Shown here: positions 48,401 through 61,464 of the stretch, piece by piece
How positions within the stretch are numbered: position 1 is the stretch's first letter
Layout: each line of letters begins with the position of its first letter
From: Sminthopsis crassicaudata
Lineage: Eukaryota
Length of the DNA stretch: 64,000 nt
NCBI RefSeq assembly: GCF_048593235.1
Contig: NC_133618.1
Span: 206,388,221 to 206,452,220, forward strand
Reading direction: 5' to 3'
Notes under the pieces: generated by a model
The model's database searches: none
The model's input: only the letters and a program-made list of their open reading frames with translations
What the model was told of the DNA's origin: nothing
Position numbers and translations under genes: made by a program

Positions 48401-51400
48401 GCAATACTACTAGAGATCAGAAAAAATCTCTCCAGAGCATCTCTGAAACACATAAGATTTGCCTAATGGAAATCTGAATTCAGGACAAGCAGATTAAATT
48501 TTAAAAAGAAATGAAAACAAACTAAGATGTTTAGGGTTCTAAACACAAGTAGAGATTCCCAAAAAAGGACTAGACACTTGGGATTAATTGGAATCAGTTC
48601 CTCACACCCTCAATGAATTTTCACATAAAGCACTTTCTGTTAATGTATGAATGTGATTTTAGAAGTGAATGATATAGACAGAAGGTAAAGGGTTAGTAAA
48701 CAGGAGAAGTAGCTACTTCCTTTTAGGTGGCCCCTATTTTTGGTAAAAAGCCATCCCCTCAAGATTCTTAACTTATTCTTTCAAGTATGGGTTTCTCTCT
48801 AGCCAACACTCTCATTTTTGCTCCTGAGAAGTAAGGATTTTGTTAAATTTGCTCATAGACTGAAGTAATTGACCTTAGAAGAGCTAACTCCAACTCTTCC
48901 TCACTAGATATTTAACTAGAGATGGGCTCATATTATACTAAGATTTTTTTTTTTTTTTTCTGATTACGGTTTACTTGGTCCTTTTCTGCTCATAGGAAGT
49001 TATAAAATATAAATGAATTAAAATCTCTTTCTTATGTATCTTTGATCCCCCCCATTTCAAGAATGTTCCCAGCAGTGATGACAATCTACCTGTCTCTTTC
49101 TCTGGATTCCTTGACATATGCTTGAAGTTATTTAAACACAGAGATTGTGGTAGTGCCAGGAGCAGTCTCTGCTCTCTCCCACAATTTCCTCTGCTTTTTG
49201 TTTAGGCAATGCCTCCTTTTTCCCATACAGCAGTGCTTCTCTTTTTCCCTTTACAGCTCTTGTTTACTTTTCAACTCTTTAGAAATTTCAGTTGTCCTCT
49301 CTCCTTTAGGATAAATGGGACAGAGACCAGGCTTTCATATAGTCATAGCTTCTTTAGTCTTTAAGTCAGGATACAATAGGGATTTTTATCCTGACTCTCA
49401 AGTTTCTATCTATCTGAAATGTCTACTCTAAATTCCTTGGTCACTCTCAAAGAGGAGACTACAAACATTATCTCAGGGTCCCAAGTAACTCTTGAAATAT
49501 AACTCTTGATATGAATTGGAGAAAAGAATGTTTATACCAAGAATTCCAAAACTAATGCAATCTTAGGTCGGAAGAAAAAAAAAAAGATTAGCAATTCCCT
49601 TTAAATTTCTTTGATTTTTATATTATTTATAATTTCATTTAGTTTATAATAAGAACATTTTAAAAATTTTTTCTGAATTTAAAATTTTCCCTATAACATT
49701 ACAAGACTTTTGTAATAATGTAACAGTACAAACAAATTATGAGATTTAGGGCTGGAACAGACCTTAAAACCCTTATCTAGACCAACCTCCTTATTTCACA
49801 GATGAATACACTGACACTCAGAGAGCGGACATGATGGGTTCAGGGCCTATGTGTAACAGTGCTGGGATTTACTTATATTACTCCAAATGTAATGTGCTTA
49901 CCAAAATGCCAAATTGCCTTGAATTGAATTTATGGTTTATATTTCTATATTGATTTAAAAATCTGAATCAAAATTCTGGAAACACATCATAAAGAAAAAC
50001 AATAAATCAATGAAATGACTTTATCTTAGGTGATATAGACTCATATCAAAGAGCAAATTCACAAGTTAAGAAAAACCTGAGAGTATTTCAATGATCATGT
50101 TTTCCATTATTAATTCAGTTATTTTTTGTTGTGTGCTCTTTAATCTTTCTATCCCTCAATTTTTTTCTCAGGTTATTATCTCTGCTTTCACTTTACCTCC
50201 TCTTTTACCAGTCCTAACTACAGTTAACCAATTTATCCCCACAATGTCTTTAATTATTAAGTTCCCTACCTCCTCGTCCTATCATTTCTCATCCTTTCAA
50301 TCTTGGAGCACTCTCACCATTGGCTTCTTCTGCTCCTAGTCTCATGCTATTAATGGAGCTGGAGAAAATCTTACTACTATAGTGATTAGGAACATCATAA
50401 TTTCATGTTATCTAACTTCAACTGGACCTCCATTGTAATAAGGCAGTCACTTTATTCCTCTCCAATTAATTTCCTATCTCATTCCCATAAAATTAATTCC
50501 AAACTCAAACGTCTCATACTTCTTTCCTTCCCCCTACCTCTCAGTTGAGCACTTTGTCTCTTTACTGAGAAAATAAAGGATACTCGATGTGATGTTTTCT
50601 GTTTCCTTGACACCATCCCCTACCTACTCTCTCCCTTCCTCTAGTCTCTGACAAAGAGTTGGCTCTTTTCTTTTCAAATCACATCTCTTAAATATATATT
50701 TCCTCCTTCTCTACCATCTGTAAATATTCTCAGGTCTTTCCTAACTTATGAATTTGGTCTTTGATGCCAGTCTAGATCACCTAAGATGAAGACACCAGTG
50801 TGAGAGATACCAGGGACCTTCTGGTAGAAGACATCCTTCCCTGGCCTGCCACAGTAATGGGGGCACCTTCTCTCCATTGGGGGCATAGATGAAACTGGGC
50901 TTTAAAACTACCATATTGGAACAGTCTCTTTTTCTGATGGTGTCCAGGATTGAAGGCTTTGTTCATCCACATCAGGTGTGCACCATGTATTAATGGGAAG
51001 GGCTCTCCCCTTATGCTGTGGCTCCAAAGAATGGGTGAAGGGTTTGGGTTTGTTTTATTTGTTCTTTTCAGTTTTACGTGCAGGAAGTGAAGTCCTGGAT
51101 CTGGGAATGGGACATATGTGAACTTTGGAGCCTAGGATTCCAGGCATAATATTGCAAAAGCCAGAATAATGAGAGTGGGGTGTGGTGAGTAAGTGGACTC
51201 TGAACCTGGAATTTAATGGAACTGATGTTATATAGGAACTAAATTTAAATGTGAATCTAATCCTCCTCTCTTTTTAGAGATTGAGTGGGATAGGGGGAAA
51301 CATGTCCCTGAGATATTGAGGGGAAAGGTTTGTATATTTGTAGTTGCCAAACCTTAGTTAGTATACCTTGATAAAAGCTAATCTGATTGCTGAGTAATTG

Positions 51401-51464
51401 AGTTAGACTTGGACTCCTTTGGGCTTATAAATTATTGAGAACACAATAGATAGATGTTTAATTA

Positions 51465-52210
51465 AATTGTTATTTTATTTAATATTTGTCCATTACATTA
51501 ATGATTTTTGAGTCTTCTCCTGTCCTCTCTACAATTAAGAAACCAATATGTAATGTTATGCAAAACATTTTTATAGAAATCAAATTGTGAAAGAAAACAT
51601 AGATCTCTTACCCTAATGAAAATAAAAACCCTCAAGAAAAATTAAGTTAAAAANNNNNNNNNNNNNNNNNNNNNNNNNNNNNNNNNNNNNNNNNNNNNNN
51701 NNNNNNNNNNNNNNNNNNNNNNNNNNNNNNNNNNNNNNNNNNNNNNNNNNNNNNNNNNNNNNNNNNNNNNNNNNNNNNNNNNNNNNNNNNNNNNNNNNNN
51801 NNNNNNNNNNNNNNNNNNNNNNNNNNNNNNNNNNNNNNNNNNNNNNNNNNNNNNNNNNNNNNNNNNNNNNNNNNNNNNNNNNNNNNNNNNNNNNNNNNNN
51901 NNNNNNNNNNNNNNNNNNNNNNNNNNNNNNNNNNNNNNNNNNNNNNNNNNNNNNNNNNNNNNNAGACACAATCAGTTCTTTCTCTGGATATGGATAGGAT
52001 TTTTCTTAAGTCCTTCAGAGTAGTTGTGGATGAATGTACTACTGAGAATAGCAAAGTTATTTTACAGTTCATCATCTCAGAACATTTCTGTTACTTTGTA
52101 TACATTTCACTTTGCTCATGGAGGACTTTCCAGTTTTTGTTTTTGTTTTTTCCTGAGAGCATCCTGCTCATTATTTCCCAGAGAAAGGTAATATTCCATC
52201 ATAAACACAT
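51465..52210 (-). mobile_element. L1/HAL1 3'-end fragment spanning the assembly gap
   Basis: Collinear on both sides of the N-run with the copy at 58590-59210. Confidence 0.7.
51654..51963. other. Assembly gap (310 N)
   Basis: Run of N. Confidence 1.
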
Positions 52211-52508
52211 TTGGTAAGTATTTAAACCAGTGACAAAGAGATTCCCTCTCCTCCAGCCCTCTAAGGGTACCTGAGAAATCCTAGGGTTAGAGTTAAAATG
52301 TAACACACCGGACTATTAGGCAGTGTGGCCACAATAGGCACTGTTATACTTAAGAAACTTATCATTATTAGTCCTTATCATCCTCCCTAATTATTGTCCT
52401 ATGTCTTTTGCTTTTTTTCTCAGCTAAATGCCAAACTCAAGCACAATTTTCTTTATAAATCCCTTCCAGATCTTCCTCATCCCCAACTTCTAAGAAACTC
52501 TCCTAGCC

Positions 52509-52690
52509 CAAGTCTTCTTAAACTTTTTCCAATGACCACCTCTTTTCACCTGAGAGATTTTTAAATGAGCCCAAGTATATAGAACAGGTGTACAAATCCA
52601 ACATTTAATAAGAATAAATCATAATTTTGCCATTTCCACATTCAGTTTTGAGATCCCATATGGGATTGAGAACCAATTTTAAGAAGCTGG
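52509..52690. mobile_element. hAT-type MITE
   Basis: Inverted termini gtcttcttaaactt ... aattttaagaagctgg, ~180 bp. Confidence 0.5.
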
Positions 52691-54817
52691 ATCCTACACT
52701 ACCTTGTATTTATTAACTTATATATTTTACATATACTTGTCTCTTTCAAAATGTTAGCTTCTTGGTAGGGTTATTAGTTTCATTCTTTGGAAACTAAGGG
52801 TGAGAGAAATTAAGTTAAGGGTCACACAGCTAATAAATAGCTGATGCTAGATTTGAATTCGGGTCTTCCTAACTCTGACCACCAGCTGCTTCTGAACCAT
52901 CACAGTATGATAGCAAGAGGGCTGACCTTGAAGTCTGGAAGACTTTGAGTTTAAGTCTTGCCACTTACACAAACTGATTATGTGATATTGGGCAAGACTT
53001 TTTATTTTTCAGTGCTGTAAGCGACAAAGAGTGTAAGTAGCAGAGAAGATTACAACTTGCATTGTTAGAGGGAATTTCTTTGTTAGAAAGTTTTCTATAT
53101 CATTGAATTATAGATCCAGTTCCAATCCCCATTCCTTCACCTATCCTATTGAAAAAAAATTTCATAGAGAAATTTTTATTGTGAGGTTAGAGCAAATACA
53201 GTACAAAAATTCCCCTTTCCCCAACTAAATACCTAAGGGCAGACTCTCCTCAATATAACCTCTGGGAGAGTGAGTTCAGACTTGACACAGTTTCTGAATA
53301 ATACCGACTGACCAATTGACTCCCAAATTTGTGATGTTTGATGATTCTACATCTTTACTGCTGGATTGGGTGGGCAGTTCTCTTGGGAACATGTTCCTCA
53401 TCATCTAGATTCCAGCAAATTTGGGCATGAATTCCAGATCCTAGATGCTGATATATATACTGTCCTTTCAAAGACCACAAAGTCTAGACCATCTCCAATC
53501 TCCTTCACCTAAAATAGGAACAAGAACAAACAAAGATACCAAGAATGGAAACCTGCATTGATAGGCCCTATGATGGCTTTAGAATGGGGAGTGGAGACCA
53601 CCCCCTTACATCATTTCCTTTTTCACTTGAATTGTAGCAAGGCTAGAAAAAGGCCAACCAAAGTCCAGGCTCTGGCTGCCTAGTGCCTTCTGAATGCGAC
53701 CTAGAATTCTAGTTCCATAGTCAAACAAGATGGTTCCTTTTTCACTATGTGGTTAGTGGATCAGAGCCAATTGCTGAACATTTGTGATTGTGGAGATTGC
53801 ATCACTGAGCACTTGCTTGTCTCATAAAGACTGGGTTTATTGGTCAGTATCCCAGTACACTTGGCTCCCATTAGAAATCTTTGCCATCTTTGGCAAATAG
53901 ACAAGGGTATGTTTTAAATCTCGTCCAAGTCCTCAATCTCTTCATTATTCATCTTCTTTTTCTGTTTACTCTAGATTCACATTCTTTGATTTATGACTTT
54001 GAGACTTATCTGATCTCTCTTTTCTCTGTATTCTTCATGCGAATAAAACTTCCAAGGCATCCATTCTAGATTCTCTCTTCTAGGTGCTTCTTTACCTGTA
54101 GATTCCCTTTTCCTTTGTGCCTCACTGCAGAACAATTCTAATTTTTGCAGGCATCAGAAGGGACACCACTCCAAGGTAGGGTCCCTTCCCTATTTTCTTA
54201 CTGTCCTTCTGTTGTCACTGTATTGCTATTGCTATTCTAGCCTGCTGCATTTATTCACTCCTTCTGAATCTCTGTTATTTGATAATAGTATTTTATTTTT
54301 CCAAATATATGAAAAGATAGCTTTCAATATTGACCTTTGCAAAATCTTGTGTTCCAAAATTTCTCCCTCTTTTTCCCCTTCTTTCTCTCCAAGATAGCAA
54401 ATAATTCAGTATAGGCTGAACATGTGCAATTCTTCTAAACATAATTTTTGTTATTTGAAAAATAAATAATCTCTTCAGTTTTAGTTTTTTTTTTTCTTCC
54501 TAAAGATGTTTCAAACTCTCATATTATTATACATTTATCTTTGGTCTTCTATGGTTAAGCTCAGATTTGCATGATAGTCACTTGTGGGGTGCTTCTTGCA
54601 CTCCATTATTTTTCATTCCCTTTTCCTCTTATAGTGGGTTCAGAATAGCTTTGTGTTGTTCAAATGTCCTTTCCTTTGTATTTGTAAGTTTTCTCTTGAT
54701 GGCTTAAAGAATGTAAGCAACAGTTCCTTTTTTTTTTTTTTTTTTTCTTTTTTGCTGATTTTTTTGTTTTTGTTTTTGTTTTTTTTTTTAAACACAATTT
54801 TTAAATTGTGAGTATTC

Positions 54818-54967
54818 CTCTGACATATTTAACATGTATTGTTCAACCTGCCATCTGGGGGGGGGGGAAGGAGGGGAAAAATTAGAACAAAAGGTTTGGC
54901 AATTGTCAATGTTGTAAAATTACCCATGCATATATCTGGTAAATAAAAACTATTAAAATATAAAAAA
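54818..54967 (+). mobile_element. 150-bp L1 3' stub with 15-bp target-site duplication
   Basis: TSD AAATTGTGAGTATTC at 54803-54817 and 54968-54982; TT|AAA target; AATAAA and A-rich tail. Confidence 0.85.
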
Positions 54968-55932
54968 AAATTGTGAGTATTCTAGATATTGGAGACAGCT
55001 GAAGCTGCTTAATCTTTGGCATACAATTCTTTCTTTGGAAAAATTTGAAAGCATCAGAGAAAATGTCCAATTTGTCATTTGTCATTCACTTGACCTGGTT
55101 GTGGTCCCTATAATTTAAAAAATATTACAGATTATAAGGAAAGAACCTCAAAATCTGTTCCTGGGGAGTTCCAGAGTGTCTTGACTCCATATGTAATAGG
55201 TATCATGACTCCATATGTAGCATGATATGTAAATACAATACTCTTCTATAAAATATGTAAAGTTGGATTAGGTATCTAAAACTGCAAGAAGCTCAGCTAA
55301 TCTCAGAACAAATCCCTTTCTAGTTCCTTGTGTAGTAGAGAAAGAGTAGAATTAGGAGTTGAGTAGAGGAAGTTCAAGTACTGTCTCATGGTCCTGGGCA
55401 AGGCAGCTTCTCTCTTATCTACAAAATAGGGATAATCATAGCACTTACCTCAGAGAATTGTGAGGATTAAATAAGAGAGCATGTTTTGCAAATCTTAAAG
55501 TACTATATAAATACTAATTATCATTCCAGCTTTGTGTTTGGACATCACTTCCAATCTTGATATTCTATGTTCTACCTTTTGAATTTTGTCCAATTCTCAT
55601 ACTCTATGGGTTTTTAAATTCTGTGATTCTTAGCTTTCTTACAAAAAATTCATAATATAAGACTCATAATTCATCAATAATAACTTGACATTATGAAGCT
55701 TTTAAAAAAAATTTAGGAATAAATCTTTCCAACAATTTTAACTAATGTGATAAAATCTAACTCCAGAGAATACTATTTACTGAAGGTTTCAGCTATAAAA
55801 ACGAGAGTCCAACTTACCAGGTTTAATTCAGACCAAGAAGACACTCAAGATGGATTTTATAATTACTAATTTGTATGTGTACAATACTTTGGAATCTGCA
55901 AAGCTTTGCTTAGAACAACCTACTGAAGTAGG

Positions 55933-56188
55933 TCTGTTGTTTAATCATTTCAGTAGTGCCCAACTCTTCCTGATCCCATTTGGGGTTTCTCACCAGATTT
56001 ACTGGAGAGGTTTGCCATTTTCTTCCCCCACTCATTTGATAGATGAGGACACTGAGGCAAAGAGGGTTAAGTGACTTGCCTCAGATCACACAGCTAGTAG
56101 GTGTCTGAGGCCAGATTTGGATTCATCAAGATGAGTCTTCCATATGTCAGGCCCAGTGCTCTATTCACTGTGTCACTCAACTGCCCCA
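55933..56188 (-). mobile_element. MAR1-type CORE-SINE, near full length
   Basis: Tail, CORE and tRNA head in order on the minus strand. Confidence 0.82.
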
Positions 56189-58589
56189 ACATTTATGTAG
56201 CACTCTCTCTGGGCCAGCTGTTCCTTTTACAAATATTATCTCATTTGATTCTCACAACAATCCTAGATTGTAAGATCCTTGAGGTCGGGGACGCTTTTGC
56301 TTCTTTTTTTATCTCCAATGCAAATAGCTGATATTCTGGCACATAGTAGGCACTTAATAAATGTTTTTTGATTGAATGATTGATGTAGGGGGCTATTCTC
56401 CTCCATAGACAATTGAAGAAAATAAGTCAGGTAAAGTGATTTTTCCAGGATCACATGGCTGATAAGTCTCTGAGGCTGGATTTGTTACATGCAAAGATAG
56501 TTTTCAACATTCACCTTTGCAAAACCCTGTATTCCACCTTTTTCTCCCTCCCTCCTCACTTCTTCCTTCCCCTAGACAGTCTATAATCCAACTTAAGTTA
56601 AACATGTGCCATTCTTCTAAACATATTTCCACAGTTATCATGCTGCAGAAGAAAAATCAATTGAAGTCTTCTTGATACTAACTATGGGATCCTGGGGAAG
56701 TCACTTAATTCTGTTTGATTCAGTTTCCTTTTCTGTGAAGCTGGAAAAAGCAATGGAAAAATAAGCTGGAAAAAGCAGTATCTTTTGCTAAAAAAACAAA
56801 AAAACAAAAAACAACCAGGATCCCGAAGAGTTACACATGACTAATTAGCTATACAACTTCTTGATTCTGGACCCAGCATGCTACCCAATGCACCACCAGC
56901 TGCCTTAATGTTTTTTGATATTGCACCCTGATAATGTCTAGCTTGTCGATGACCTTAATAAAATGTGCCCCCCCCCCGAATAGAACACATACTGCTAACA
57001 ATATGACCAAGGTAGGATACAGAAAGACTATACCCTCCTATGCTCTGAAACACCATGTATCCCTTAATACAGCATGAGATAATGCAATGGGGTTTTTGTT
57101 GTTGTTGTTGCCATGTCACATTGTTGGGTTCATATTTTTGAGCCTCAGTTTCTTCATCTGTAAAATGGGTTGGATTAGATATTTTTTAAGATAATTAGAG
57201 CCTTACATACAGTGGGTACTCAATAAATAATTTTTGAACGATTGGTTATAAGAAGCAACACGAAAAGAACAGTTTTCTTAAAGTCAAGTGGGAGCTAGTT
57301 GCAGATCTCAGCCCAGACTTTTATGTTTGGTGAGATCTTGTAAGAAACATTTTCCATCTATGAAATTTAGCTGCTTTATCTGTAAAATGAGCATACTAAT
57401 ACTTTCATTAATGATCTCCCAGGTTTGCTGTGTGGAAAAAAAAAATACATAAACTTTAAAGTGCTGAAGGAATGTAATTGTTTATACATTTCTAAGATCA
57501 CTAGAAATGTCATTGCATGGGGCTTATGGTCCACCCAGCTCAAGATTCTGCTGAAAAAAAGGGGCACTAGAAGCAGCAGATAGAAGAGGTACCATTTTTA
57601 ACATTGTATAATATACCCCTAATTATTAGAAATCAATCATAGACTTAGAATTGGAAAGCCAAATGAGATTTAGGGACTTGTCCAAGATCACACAAATAGT
57701 ATTAATAAGTTTTGAACCTCTCTTTTGATTTCAGATCACTGTACCCTACTTCCACCATAAATCTTAAATTTATATTTTTAATGTTTTGAAAAAAAATGCA
57801 TGATGATATTCCTCTATTAAGTTATCACCCATACATTTATCTAAAGCTTTTGCAAACCTGTTAATATACTGAGGCAGTATGCATTCCAATGTTTGGTTGT
57901 CAAGAATGACTTAGAAGCTTGGTCGTGTCCTAGGAACCAGCTCTGGGATTTGTCCTCATCAGTGACTAATTTCACTTTGTCAGTCTTGATGTGTGAGTCA
58001 TGTCTGGGAGGTGTTTTATTTTTCCTTTAAAAATTCTCTATGTGGCCAAACACTTAAAAACTCAAAAACAGAAGCTCATCAGAGGTGTGCCTTGCTCAGC
58101 AGGGTAGGTTGTTGACCAAATCAGATGAGGTCCATCACTTTAAAATGGAAAAAATGGAGGAGAGGAACATGAGGAGACTAATCCAGAAATATACCTGAGA
58201 CTGGTCTTACTCAGTAGAGGAGTTGATAGCTGACCTTCATATGCTGTTATTATAGTGATGTTGGACAAATTTCCCATTATTCCCCACTTCCTATTTAAGG
58301 TTTGAAATTCTACCATTAGAATTTTTATCCCTTTAATTGAAAGATCATCAGTCTAGAGTTTGAAAAAACCTTAGAGAAGATACTGTTCAAATCTTTTGTT
58401 TTATATATGAGGCCTTGAAATAGAAATTGGAAATAACTGTCTGAACATCATGTCACAATTAAGTAATAGAGTGAATATTCAAATATAGGCCCATTGCCTA
58501 TACAACAACTATCAAGCTTCTGACTTCTCATAGTTACTTTGCTTTATATCACATATATCACATCAAATTAAATACACTCTTTTTGTGTT

Positions 58590-59210
58590 TTAATTAATAT
58601 TTTATTTTCTTCAGGTACATATAAAGCAATTTTAAAATTTGTTTTTAGAACTTTGAGTTCCAGATTTTCTTCCTTTCTTTTCCTTCCCCTTCACTTTCTC
58701 CTTCCCCCTTCCCTTCTCCTGTCCTACTGAAAAGGCGAATATGAAGTTATGAAAACAATTTCCATAAGTCAGGTTGCAAACTGCCCCCCCCACACAAAAC
58801 ACAGATCCTTCCTCTCAAAAAAAAAAAAAACCCTCAAGAAAAATAAAGTTGTTTTTTTTTTTTTTTTTAAGTATGCTTCAATATATATTCAGACACAAAT
58901 CATTTTTTTTTTCTTTCTGGCTGTGTATGGAGTTTTTCATCATAAGTCCTTCAGAGTTTTTTTAGATTATTGTATTGCTAAGAGAAGCAAAGTCATTCAC
59001 AACCTATCATCCCACACATTGCCATTTCTTTGTACACAGTACATTTTGCTTTACTTGACGCTTTACTTACTTCATGGAGGACTTTTCAGATTTCTGAGAG
59101 TATCCTGCTCATTATTAAAAGCCCAGGTTAATTCCTTCACGAAGCCTACTCCAACTATTCCAGTTTTCTCTCTATAACACTTACATGATGGCTCATACAA
59201 TTCAAAGTGA
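58590..59210 (-). mobile_element. L1/HAL1 3'-end fragment
   Basis: ccctcaagaaaaataaagtt...agacacaaatca...aagtccttcagag...ttcatggaggactttt. Confidence 0.7.
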
Positions 59211-59717
59211 AATAATGTAAGATCTTGTATTATTTTCATGTGTGTATATCTCATTTCCTCAAGAAGACTGTGAACTCCTTGGTGGCTGATGCCATATTGA
59301 ATACAATTTCTGTACTGTCTATAATTTATAGTACAAGAAGCAGTTCTGGATATTTCCTCATTAATTAATTACTTACGAGACATTATAGACACAGGACAAC
59401 AAGTGTGAAAACTGGCTTAAATAGTCCTTTAAAGGAAGTTTGATTTCTAGAAAGAGGGAAAATGATAAGTTGCTTAGTAAAGTCCTTCCCTTCTCTGGGT
59501 CTCAGTTTCCAACTTGGTGAAATGAAGAGATTGGACTTCTGAGGTTTCTTCCCCATTCTAAATCTGTGATTCTGTGACTTGGTACTGGATTCTGTTAAAA
59601 TGCATACCTTTCTCCCCTTGATCCTTCTCCTGTCTCAGAGGATTTTATCAGTCACAGTATTTTTTTTTTAAACACACTTTTATATGATGCTTTATGGTTT
59701 ATAAAGCACTTCCCAAT

Positions 59718-59775
59718 GACATTTGTTCAATTGGTTAGAATTTGGAGCTCTTAACACCACGAGTAATAGGATCAT
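59718..59775 (+). pseudogene. Decayed tRNA-Ile(AAT)-like fragment or tRNA-derived SINE head
   Basis: tgttcaattggttagaatttggagctcttaacaccac aligns to tRNA-Ile GCTCAGTTGGTTAGAGCGTGGTGCTAATAACGCCAA (recalled); T-arm not conserved, so non-functional. Confidence 0.45.
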
Positions 59776-61464
59776 AAACAGAGATGGATGAAGTCTTAGA
59801 AATCACTAAGTAGCAATCTCTTGTCAATTGGTCCCTTCCAATCTGAAGTCCCTTCCAAATTTAATGCCCTGTGATTCTATGGAAATAAGTACATTTATCC
59901 CTCAATGGAAAACAACAACAAAACTTTGATAAAGAGAAAGTAGGGGATTGAACTCCTGAAGAGAAGAAGGAACAACCTAATTGGGAAGTTTAGGATAGGA
60001 GATATAGAGAGTTAAAAATATATATACTTTGGCAAATGACAGTTTTACCATATATCCAGGTCCAATCCTCTTTGGTATCTTAATTTAACTTTTAAAAATT
60101 TCACTAATATTCATGACTCATTGGCCATTTAATACATATATGTGAAGCACTGATTATGTGCAAGACATTATGATTGATACTGGGGGTACCAAGATAAAAA
60201 GAAAACAGTTGTTCACCTCAAGACATTTATATTCTTTCTGGGAAGATGGATGTGTTTATATGTATATTTATCAACTATGTTTTAATCTTGTGGATGAATG
60301 CCTTCTCTAAGGACACATTTGAGGAAGTGTGACCTTAACTTTTACACTTGTATTTTGTGTTTACTTGGCACCTCTCCTCCAGAGAACATCTTATATATCT
60401 TGCCTATTATCTCACTAGTTCTCACCAGATCCCTGAATGCTTTGCAGTATGTGAAGCCTGAGGAATAGAACTCATGGAGGTCATAGTCACAGTACTTTGG
60501 AAAGCATCTAATTTAATTCTTTATTTTTCAGGGGAGGAAATTGAAACCCAGAGAAAGAAAGTGCCATATTACCAAGTCACACAGCAAGGAAGTGATAGTA
60601 TCATTACTGGGAATTCTGGTATCTGGGGAAAATTCAATTGTGTGTGTTGGAGGGAGTGAAAGAGAGAGATTCTGGGACCCCCTAGAACTGTGGGTAGAAT
60701 TATATCACCAGTTCTTTGTAGATAAGTATCATTGTAGGGCAATTCTCCAGGCCAAATTGAGGGCGAGCATTTTCCCCATCATAATCTTGCTTGTAGAGAA
60801 AGGTGACTCTTGGGAGAAGGACATGGTGATGGTTGGAACTTTATGGTACTGGGCTTTTCTTCTCAAGGATCTGTCATTTTGGGGATGGCAAGGTTTCCTC
60901 CTGGAAGCCCTTTCATGGGTTCTAAAAGCCTGGATGGAATTGCCAGGTAGAAGACATCTGCTCTACCTCTGGAATATTATAATTATGCTTCTTCCCATCC
61001 CTACCCTCATGTTGACATCCAAGAGTAAAGTCCCTATACTGGTTATAACTCCAGTGACAAAGTTGTGAATAGAATTGAGGACTTCTCACAAATCTAACAG
61101 CCTTTTCTCAGTCCCATCCTTCTTTACCTTTCTGTAGCATTTACTGTTTGATCATCTTTTAAATATTTTCTCCTTTCTGGTATTTCAGGATACTGCTCTA
61201 TCTTGATTCTTCTCCTTCCTATCTGGCTGTTCCTTCTCAATTCTATTTGCTGAAGTTTCATATCACGCTCATTTACTGTAGGTTTCCCCTAAGGCTCTAT
61301 TCTGGACCTCTTTTCTCTCTCTATTATATCTCTTGTTGATCTCATCAACTACAGAAGGTTCAATGATCATATCTGTGCAGATATAAGTAAATATATTTGA
61401 ATATATCTATGCCTATATTACATATAACTACAACTATATTTCTAGTTTCTTCTGAACTCCATTC

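Noticed and set aside
51613-52075. ORFs of 109-142 aa full of X
   Set aside because: Artefacts of translating the N gap.
56738-56777. 15-bp direct repeat AAGCTGGAAAAAGCA
   Set aside because: Small slippage duplication within a MAR1 SINE.
60541-61068. 175-aa ORF as a protein-coding gene
   Set aside because: Starts at TTG inside a MIR remnant; no splice or promoter context and no recognisable homology. The region is kept only as a low-interest finding.
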